A stretch of 64,000 bases of DNA. It comes from Cyanophora paradoxa CCMP329 (lineage: Eukaryota; Plantae; Glaucophyta). Of this stretch, positions 1-7,539 are shown one piece after another (the first letter of the stretch is position 1; each line of letters opens with the position of its first letter). Under the pieces are notes generated by a model. That model did not search any database. It had not been told where the DNA came from and saw nothing but the letters and a program-made list of their open reading frames with translations. The stretch covers positions 32,974-96,973 of the forward strand of contig QPMI01000404.1 in the NCBI GenBank assembly GCA_004431415.1, in the 5' to 3' direction. A program made the position numbers and the translations under genes.

Positions 1-2742
1 GATCCTTCAGATACTTGTTGTTCGCCTTTGCATGGCGCTTTGAAATCATGGATATACCGCCTCTTATTCCATTCTCAAACATACGGTATATCGACTCCTG
101 GCCTTCGTGCAACAGGTCGAATTCAACCTTCGTTAGTTTAAGAGCAGTGTTCCAGAAAAACCCAGGCGACGACATGTAATAGGCAGGATCCAGACCGTAA
201 GTATCCATTGATTCAGACCGATAGTTCTCGAAGATGTCGGCGAGCAAAGTGATATCGAGAGCCATATAATGAAGCATATAGTCTCGCAAAGTCATACAAC
301 CAAGCGCAGACCATACCCTCTGTGCATGCAGATAATCATCATCAGATATCCCCTCGTTCTTGAGGCTGCTAAAGAATCGCTCCTTCACTGGCAAGCAAGT
401 ATCTTCAAGCTTTGAGTCGTCATCAACGTACTCATAAGGAAAAACACCTTTACGAGTCATCAGTTCAAACATATGCAGCTCAGGGAAAAGCTTCCTAGTG
501 TAAACGAATTTCGAATAATCGGGAGAACCGTCTTCATTTTTTAAGATCAGGCCTTTAGCCAGTTCTTCGAGGCTGCCCAGCATATGCTTTGAGCTGTCTC
601 TGAATTTGTAGATGCCGTAAGTAAGCTGGGATATCTTCTCGCTGTTCTGGAAAATGGCTCCCCAACTATCAGTCAAGAGTCCTTCCGGTCGCATCGTCCA
701 CATCAGTTCCTTATGTTTTTGCTCGATCAGTTCTTTGATCGCAGCCTCGGACAGTGACGCCTGATTTTCAGCAGTGATTATCGGCTTCAAACGCTCGATC
801 TCGTCCTTGACGCGTTTCTTATAATCCTCAGCCGCAGCCTTTCGACGAACCATTCCTTTGATTAAAGCCATGAGTACCAGATGCGAGTCAAAGCCTGTGA
901 GGTTATGAGCGAATATCGATACCTCAATTGACTTTGCCCTGCGACGGTTGCATCCATGACAAGCAGCGCCTAGATATTCCCGGTATCATGGTTGTGATCA
1001 GCTTTTTTCTCCCCATTGATCTCCTCTTTGCAAAGATAACAGTGCGTTGCAGCTCTGTGGAATTCCTTATCGTCCGCAGTCATTACGATTGGCTTTTTCC
1101 GTTTCAACAGTTTCCAAAGTTTAGGCTCAATTTCATCTAGCCAACCCACGAATTCTTCGGCTAAAGCTGCTTCATCAGGACCCGATTTCTTAAACCAAAG
1201 TGGTTCACGCAATCCCTTCCCGATGATCTGGCATCCGATTGCAGCGAGCTCATTCTTTGACAAGTCTACTGTAGTTTTCTTCTTCTTCTTTTGCGAGTTC
1301 GCTTGCGTGCCGCTATCACTAATCGCTTTAAAACGAGTCTCTGTATCAAAGCTGCCAATCAAACGAGCGCGAATAGTCTTGGCGAAATCCATAAACTTCA
1401 AATTATGTTTTCCCTCCTTCGGAAGCTTATCGGCAACAAGCTCAGTTCTCTCAAGACAGCGGTCGAATTTCATGTGATTATCGTATGCAGACTCACTCGA
1501 GAATGCACGCTGGCAGGCGAGGCATATCTTTTTAGCATGCTCATTGGCCGATCTCAATAACCGACTAACGTTCTTAACCCAGACGTAGTGCCCGACGTGC
1601 TCCGCATTTTCTCGAGGGATATACAGCAAAACGATTGCGTCGTTTGAGCCTGAGAAATAAACAAGCGAGACTTTTCCCTCATCGTCATCAGAAGGCATGT
1701 AAATGCACAACTTTAGATCGTTTGCAGCTTCGAAGCGTCTGAAGATATTCGAGTCTAGCGGCGTCGGCTCAGGGATCATCGTCCAGTCGTATTTGGAAGC
1801 GTGCTCTCGATAGTGCGTTAGGTCTCGCGCATCAGCACCTGTGGGGGGAGGATGCAGAGCGGCCAGCACAGCGTACTTGAAGCATTGACCTTCGGGCGAG
1901 TTCGGATTGATTGCGCATTTCTTGTTCTTTATCCAAGTCGGGATTTCAACGGTATTGCGAGCTCCTCCGATTAATCGCAGATGCATGAGTGTATGAACTC
2001 TCACGTCCAGATAAGTCACCAGCTCCCAGCTGTCATTTGAGTGCTCCACAATGTTATCGATTTCAATCATGTGCCTGAGGAGAACCTCGGACAGATCCTC
2101 GCCAGGCAATATCCGCTTGTAATCTGGCTCAAAGATTCTAGGCCTAGAGAACGTCTCATGGACCTCCCCGTTGATGATCTCGATTTTCTTGAATTGACCC
2201 CAGGCAGAAACCTTCATGATGATTCCCTGGTCTCTCTCGTTTGCATCAGCTACCCGCCGAGTCAGATATTCGACGAAGCCATCTCGAAATTCTGAGTTCG
2301 TACGCACGAGTGCTGCGAGAGATTGGACTGGCTGCAGTTCGATAGGAATACGGTCCGTCACTGTATCGGAAACTCCATTCAAAGCAGTCGTTCTCACATA
2401 GAACTGGTGCGATCCGGCGACAACACGCACCTGCTGACCTTCGGGATCTGGTTCGTAGCCAGGTAGCTCATCGTAGGCCATAGCTCGGTCCGCTGCGATA
2501 CTGATTGGCGCAGCTCTCTCTGAGATACGACGCCTCGGTCTAAAGTTCAGCGTTTTCAGAGCGTCGACGATAATCTTGTACTTTTGAATTGTCGTAAACC
2601 TAGCCCGAGAGCTGGCCGCCGCAATTCTCAGAATTTTATTTTCAAACACACTTGTTATAACTCCCTGCAAGCGCAAAGCAACGGCATCCGCGAACAGTCT
2701 CTGCTTGATTTCATTCAACGCCCGGCGCTGTGACGTCGACAT
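1..2742 (-). CDS. Protein-primed family B DNA polymerase (pPolB), 3'-partial, with one frameshift at about 979-981
   Basis: ORF 970-2742 has IPTWIKNKKCAIN..QCFKYAVL, GHYVWVKN, SFDTET (Exo I) and CYLC..DHNHDTG. Adding one G restores GEYLGAACHGCN..FAHNLTGFDSHL. The same frame reads FENGIRGGISMISKRHAKANNK at the window edge, collinear with the pPolB at 35352-39401. Confidence 0.93.
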
Positions 2743-2901
2743 TTCTTTTTTGAATAGAGCTGATATTATTTTTGAGACATCAACGCGCTTCAGCGCCGAG
2801 ATTGCTGGGCAGAAACCGTTCTACTATTAGAGATCGCGATTCATTTAAGTCATGCAGATCACGCTCGGTGAGCGAAAAAGAAACGGGGGCCGGGCTTCGA
2901 T

Positions 2902-3231
2902 CTACGCCGCCGTCTCCCTTGCTGCTAACTTCGCAAGCCGCTGCTTCTCTCGCCATTGCCGGTTGCATTCCTTTGCACGCTCACGCTTCTCGGGGTCGCT
3001 CAGATATTTCCGACGCCTGGCTCGCTCCTTCTCTCGATACTGCTCGATGTTTTGCAGGCGCTTGATCCTTTGCATTTTCAGAAACTCATCATGAGGCATC
3101 ACTTCTTTCTCGTATACCCTTACGACCAGCACTTTGACCTTCCTTGGCTGAAGGCAGGAGTGCGAAGCACAAGTAGCTTCTTGCCTACGGTCATCTTGTG
3201 CCTTGCACTGCTCCATCTCATAGCCGCTCAT
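2902..3231 (-). CDS. Small basic, helical Arg/Lys/Glu-rich viral protein
   Basis: 109-aa ATG ORF; NIEQYREK..CNRQWREKQR resembles NIDRKREQCRNYRRRQR in 39428-39718 of element B. Confidence 0.6.
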   Translation of the reverse strand: MSGYEMEQCKAQDDRRQEATCASHSCLQPRKVKVLVVRVYEKEVMPHDEFLKMQRIKRLQNIEQYREKERARRRKYLSDPEKRERAKECNRQWREKQRLAKLAARETAA

Positions 3232-3331
3232 TATTATCCGCTGAGATTTATTTTTCGAAATATCACGCAGACTTCAACGCCGCGTCGCTTCGCTTGATAT
3301 TATAAGGGAGTGTTTTCTTTAAGTGCTGTAA

Positions 3332-3736
3332 ATGAGCGGCTCTGACAGCGAATCATCTTGCGAAAACAATCACGAGAACACTACGATCGAGCTTAGATGG
3401 CCCGGCCGCACAATCTTCTCTTCCGCTGATCGGATCACATTTGGCACTTACAAAGGGTGGTTTTACAAAGAGCTCGTTAAGCTAATGCCGGATTATTGCC
3501 TGTGGCTGCTGGATCAGCCTTGGCTTCCTCCCTTCGATCGCTCCGTTTTGACAAAGCTTTTAACCGCCGGAGGCAAGGCTCACGGCTTGGCGGGTGCCGT
3601 TTCCGTCCGACAAAGCGTGCAAATGCCGAAGCCGCCAAAGAAGAAGCCTTGTCGACTGCGTAAACACGCTCAAACCCTGAAGCGTTGTAGACCAATATCT
3701 GGAACGAGTGACCCCATTCCAGGTGCAGACGCTTGA
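3332..3736 (+). CDS. Small FGxYKG-motif protein (DUF3820-like)
   Basis: ITFGTYKG..PDYCLWLLDQPWLPPFDR; counterpart in element B at 41079-41456 (ISFGIYKG..PDYTTWLLRQDWLPAFDR). Confidence 0.7.
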   Translation: MSGSDSESSCENNHENTTIELRWPGRTIFSSADRITFGTYKGWFYKELVKLMPDYCLWLLDQPWLPPFDRSVLTKLLTAGGKAHGLAGAVSVRQSVQMPKPPKKKPCRLRKHAQTLKRCRPISGTSDPIPGADA

Positions 3737-4265
3737 GCTCCTCTCGAGTCATTCCTGCATTATATTCATCGAAGCAGCAGTTGAATTCTTTTATGTTGCT
3801 AAGAATGCTGGAAAAGCAGACGTACTCACAATTGCGCCTGATTGTGGGGCTGATCCCGCACAGCCGCTGCGTGGTTATCAGCAGCGATATTCGGTAGTGC
3901 CTTCCCGATGTAAATAGCTTCTGCAGCAGCCGGTTGTTGTGCACATTGATGCTAAAATCGTCAAGCAGATCATCTAAGATAACCGCTGTTATCGGGGCCG
4001 GCTTGCCTCCGGCGATTAAACTTTTTTGACGATGCAGCAGATTAAATACGATCTCTTCTTCCCAGCCTTCACAAATGTTCTCCTTGCGGGTTACATCGTT
4101 CCATTGACCTGTAAAAGCCGTTGAGCTGAAGATATATATCTCGGACAGCTGATCCGCCGTTTTTGCAAGAAGATGCTTCAAATAAGTAGACTTGCCTGTG
4201 TTCGTCGGTCCCACCAGGAGGAAGCGCTTCGGGTGCTCGATTTTGCTTGCATTAAACAGGTTCAT
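3477..4265 (-). CDS. A32-like (FtsK-HerA superfamily) genome packaging ATPase
   Basis: Walker A GPTNTGKST, Walker B VILDD, and the A32 motif LFTSGRHYRIS followed by TTQ. Confidence 0.95.
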   Translation of the reverse strand: MNLFNASKIEHPKRFLLVGPTNTGKSTYLKHLLAKTADQLSEIYIFSSTAFTGQWNDVTRKENICEGWEEEIVFNLLHRQKSLIAGGKPAPITAVILDDLLDDFSINVHNNRLLQKLFTSGRHYRISLLITTQRLCGISPTIRRNCEYVCFSSILSNIKEFNCCFDEYNAGMTREELKRLHLEWGHSFQILVYNASGFERVYAVDKASSLAASAFARFVGRKRHPPSREPCLRRLKALSKRSDRREEAKADPAATGNNPALA

Positions 4266-5495
4266 CTAGAAGTTGCTTACTTTAAGGGTCGACATTTGAT
4301 ACGAGTTGATTACGAGCACGTTGTGTCTGAGGACAAAGAAATCGACGACAGCTGGGGCAGCATTGGTGCAGCCGGACACGGTGAGAGTACAGTAGCTGCT
4401 GCTGCTATTATAAAAGTCGTGATAACCAAGGACAGCGTTGTGAAGAGAGTCTTTGCCGCTCTTGGAGAGAACGATTCCATAGACGTTGGCCTCCTCGAAT
4501 CCTAGAGCAGCATTTCCGGTCGTCGAGCCTCGGTACTGGCTAGGGATGTGGTAGGCAGCGGAAACAAACCCTGAGATCGGTTTATTGCTGATGTCAATCG
4601 CGCGATTGTTGTGATACAATTCAAAGTCTTCAATCTTAAGGGCACTGCCGTAGCCAGCGAACTCGTTATGCGCACGAGTGTTCAGCTTCGTCGCAGCCCG
4701 AACTGTCATCAGCACCGAGTGTACCAGGCCCGAGACGTTTGCAAGAGAGACTTCGACTGGCTGACCAGCGTCATCGGTTTTAAGCTGACGAGAACGCTTC
4801 GTAATCACTTCGGTGAAGGGGATACGGATACCACCGTCGCTGTTCGCAGACTTCAACATAGCCTCGGCATCTTCGGCAGGGATATTGGCGAATGAGCACA
4901 CGAGCGCGGCATCGGACATCGTGGCCACCGCATTAGTATCGGTTCCGATGACAGCCGATGAGCGAAAATCGACTTCAATGCTGGGCATATCGGCGAGAGC
5001 GAGCAGAGGGAAATGAGCATCATCCCAGAGCGAGCAGGGGATCTTTACGACGTACTCCCGGCTGGCGTTTTCGATCTCAAGGGCTCCGTCCTTACCGAAG
5101 CCGTAGCTTGACGCCATTGCCTGCGACTGAGCCACAGAGTTATCGACAAGCGTGGCCACCGTAAGCCAGTCTCCGGGGAGAATCAGCTTGAAGCTCCCGT
5201 GGACAAAGCGGATGCTTTCGATGAAGGCCGAGGCGCCGCAAGGTAGCACCGAGGCTGCGGAACCGCCGGCAACAGCTACCTTGAAATAGAGGGAGACGCC
5301 ATTGAGCAGTTGCTTCCGGGGAAGATCGAATGTAACTGTCTGCGCAAATCCGAAGCTGTTTCCGCGGGGTCGAATTGACTCCAGGAACGACTTGAATTTC
5401 GGGTTGAGACCAACCGAAAGACCTGGCGACATGTACAATTCCGAGCTGCCCTTCGTCACGAGCAGTTCTTTCAGAGTGGTTCCAGCGAGTGCCAT
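4266..5495 (-). CDS. Double-jelly-roll major capsid protein
   Basis: 409 aa, beta-rich. The N-terminus (LKELLVTKGSSELYMSP..FLESI..FGFAQTVTFDLPRKQLLNGVSLYF) follows the NCLDV/Polinton MCP pattern. It lies between the ATPase and penton and is strongly conserved with 41933-43162. Confidence 0.88.
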   Translation of the reverse strand: MALAGTTLKELLVTKGSSELYMSPGLSVGLNPKFKSFLESIRPRGNSFGFAQTVTFDLPRKQLLNGVSLYFKVAVAGGSAASVLPCGASAFIESIRFVHGSFKLILPGDWLTVATLVDNSVAQSQAMASSYGFGKDGALEIENASREYVVKIPCSLWDDAHFPLLALADMPSIEVDFRSSAVIGTDTNAVATMSDAALVCSFANIPAEDAEAMLKSANSDGGIRIPFTEVITKRSRQLKTDDAGQPVEVSLANVSGLVHSVLMTVRAATKLNTRAHNEFAGYGSALKIEDFELYHNNRAIDISNKPISGFVSAAYHIPSQYRGSTTGNAALGFEEANVYGIVLSKSGKDSLHNAVLGYHDFYNSSSSYCTLTVSGCTNAAPAVVDFFVLRHNVLVINSYQMSTLKVSNF

Positions 5496-5543
5496 TTTTC
5501 TTATGCTATTATCAAACGAAAATAATCTTGACGTAATAACAAG
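5496..5543. promoter_or_regulatory. Putative bidirectional promoter between the divergent MCP and penton genes
   Basis: 48-bp AT-rich gap containing TTGACGTA; the equivalent 44-bp gap in element B (43163-43206) contains TTCACGTA. Confidence 0.55.
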
Positions 5544-6422
5544 ATGAAAGTGCGTGTTAATATCGACTCAAGAGAGAGGAGCGAAGGGACTCAGACTAAT
5601 TTCAAATACGTCCTGCCTGAGCCGTTGACTAACGTTAAGTCGGTGCGAGTCGCATCGCTGGAACTCTTTCATAATCTTTATAATCTGACAAGCGGAGGTG
5701 TCATTACAACGTATACCGATGATCCTGCGAACGCCACGAAATCGCGGGCTAATAATTTCAAGGCGGGCGTCTACACGGCAACATCTCTTGTGAATTACCT
5801 GAACGCCATACTGAAGACACAGCAGTACAGCTATAGCGGAAGCACGTTCCAGCTTAAATATCTAGTCGAATTCGATGAGGTAACGATGAGACTGCGCTTC
5901 CTATGCGAGGCCCCTTTCGAGCTTGAGTTCTCTTCGAAAGAATTTGCCGGTCTTCTTGGCTTTCCTGACTCTTTGACCGCCGCTTCTCTGGCGCTGGATA
6001 CTGCTGAGACTATCGGTGGAATTGAATATACCGACGAGATAGTGAGCGACCGTCCTCTCGACTTCCTTTATCACTCTTACTTGCTGCTGCACATCGCTCA
6101 GATTAAGGGTTCGATAAAGACTAGTAATCCGTTTACGACGGGGGCGATTGCTAAGATTAACATCGATAGCAAGTTCAACGAGCTCATCAAGTACACAGCA
6201 GACGATAGGACTCCTGTTTCCGGAATAGCCGGTACCACCGAATTTTCTGAGCTCGATATCAGCCTTCGTTATTTCGATGGCAGCCTAGCGCTTTCAAACA
6301 CTGATTTCTCTCTCATTCTAGAGTTTGAATTCGAAGACAGTGAGTATAGCAAGGCCTCGCTGAAGGGTAACATCCGTAGCTCTAACCTCGAATATCAGCC
6401 GTTCATGAGGACTTTCGCGTAG
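5544..6422 (+). CDS. Minor capsid protein (penton, single jelly-roll)
   Basis: N-terminal VNIDSRER..NF..LPEPLTNVKSVRVASLE..YNL and C-terminal ELDISLRYFDG..DFSLILEFE, the pattern typical of NCLDV/PLV pentons; homolog at 43207-44082. Confidence 0.85.
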   Translation: MKVRVNIDSRERSEGTQTNFKYVLPEPLTNVKSVRVASLELFHNLYNLTSGGVITTYTDDPANATKSRANNFKAGVYTATSLVNYLNAILKTQQYSYSGSTFQLKYLVEFDEVTMRLRFLCEAPFELEFSSKEFAGLLGFPDSLTAASLALDTAETIGGIEYTDEIVSDRPLDFLYHSYLLLHIAQIKGSIKTSNPFTTGAIAKINIDSKFNELIKYTADDRTPVSGIAGTTEFSELDISLRYFDGSLALSNTDFSLILEFEFEDSEYSKASLKGNIRSSNLEYQPFMRTFA

Positions 6423-6457
6423 AGACTCGCGCATTTATTTCTTATTTAAAATAAAAG

Positions 6458-7126
6458 ATGGAAACCAAGCGTGGACGTGGGAGGCCAAGGAAGATCCCTC
6501 TGGATGCTGTCCCTGAGCGAGCTCCTGCAGATATGAGTGCTCGCCGAGTTCAAACTCTCAGTGGAGACGTTGGTACCTACCCCATCGTTAAGCGAGCTGG
6601 ACGATCGGATGAGATCGATTTCGCTGCTGAAGCTGATCTTAACTCGATCTTCGAGCGGGTGCCAAATTCAAGGACTCGTAAGACAAATACTAAGCTGTTG
6701 AAGAAATTAGCTGATTCTGAGCTGTATGTAAGCGATAATGGGAAAACGAAACGCTTCTTTACCAAGTCGAATGGTAATAAACTCACAACGGTTTCTGCTG
6801 TTACGGCTAAGCGGCTGATGGAGGGTATTGCTTTGGAAACGAAACTGGATAATCGAATATTGGAGGATAAACCTTCGAAGCAGAAGATTGAAAAAAAGGA
6901 AGACCCCGCCGGAGCGGAGATTTCAGTTGTAAAGAAAGAGTCAGGTTCAAGCCTGCTCGAGAGGACCGCTGAGCTCGCTGAGAGCAATGCGACAGAGATG
7001 CCCACCGCTAACAAATCGATCCTGCGGATTGCGAGCAGCTCAGAAGAACCCGTCTCGGTTGTCCCAGTCAAGCCGATGGCTGCTGGATTTCGGCCTCTGG
7101 CTGTGATGCTTCGACGTTGGGAGTAG
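6458..7126 (+). CDS. Conserved basic hypothetical protein with N-terminal AT-hook
   Basis: KRGRGRPRK AT-hook; shares LSGD..YP, PNSRT, GIAxETK, PxANxSILRIASSS and terminal RWE with 44144-44752. Confidence 0.8.
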   Translation: METKRGRGRPRKIPLDAVPERAPADMSARRVQTLSGDVGTYPIVKRAGRSDEIDFAAEADLNSIFERVPNSRTRKTNTKLLKKLADSELYVSDNGKTKRFFTKSNGNKLTTVSAVTAKRLMEGIALETKLDNRILEDKPSKQKIEKKEDPAGAEISVVKKESGSSLLERTAELAESNATEMPTANKSILRIASSSEEPVSVVPVKPMAAGFRPLAVMLRRWE

Positions 7127-7454
7127 GAAAGTTCAGGCGTAGGAAAGGACGGTCTTCCTCAGAGATATGCTGTAGGGCGTAGGCATCGCGAGCTCTGGCA
7201 GCGGCCTCGGCAGTGGGATAGCTTCCAATGATCTTACGTTTTCCATTGATTGTCAACTGTGCTCTCCACTTGTTATCGCGTTTATGCAACGACACTCCAA
7301 TGTAGCCTGATGTATTATTCCGACCAATCATCCCGCTTATCGCACGCGCAGTGTGTGAGACAAGAATCAAGTTCTCATCCGCATTGTTTAGTCGGTTAAT
7401 TATGAGCTGTGGTTCATCTAGGAATTCGTTTTTTAAATCGTTACCCCACGCCAA
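7068..7454 (-). CDS. AP2 DNA-binding domain protein (first ATG at 7331)
   Basis: RNNTSGYIGVSLHKRDNKWRAQLTINGKRKIIGSYPTAEAAARARD is a canonical AP2 domain of the HNH-AP2 endonuclease type; upstream INRLNNADENLILVS resembles an eroded HNH. Confidence 0.85.
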   Translation of the reverse strand: MAWGNDLKNEFLDEPQLIINRLNNADENLILVSHTARAISGMIGRNNTSGYIGVSLHKRDNKWRAQLTINGKRKIIGSYPTAEAAARARDAYALQHISEEDRPFLRLNFPTPNVEASQPEAEIQQPSA

Positions 7455-7539
7455 ATTTCGTTACTACACGCCAAATCTCTTTTCAGACGATTTTGCGACT
7501 AGCTATGACCCTGAATGCTCTATATGAGTCAGGTTGCAA

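Larger units (their letters stand above)
1..7483. mobile_element. Endogenous Polinton/Maverick-like virus, element A (partial; continues off the left edge; right end inferred)
   Basis: Compact AT-richer gene cluster with pPolB, A32 ATPase, DJR major capsid and penton. Every gene has a counterpart in complete element B. The right end is tentatively placed at TCTCTTTT (7476-7483) by analogy with the end of element B (TCTCCTTTTTTT). Confidence 0.88.

Noticed and set aside
4263-4268. MCP stop TAG directly followed in frame by the ATPase ATG (possible readthrough fusion)
   Set aside because: Not conserved: element B has TAA-A-ATG, out of frame; tight gene packing explains it.
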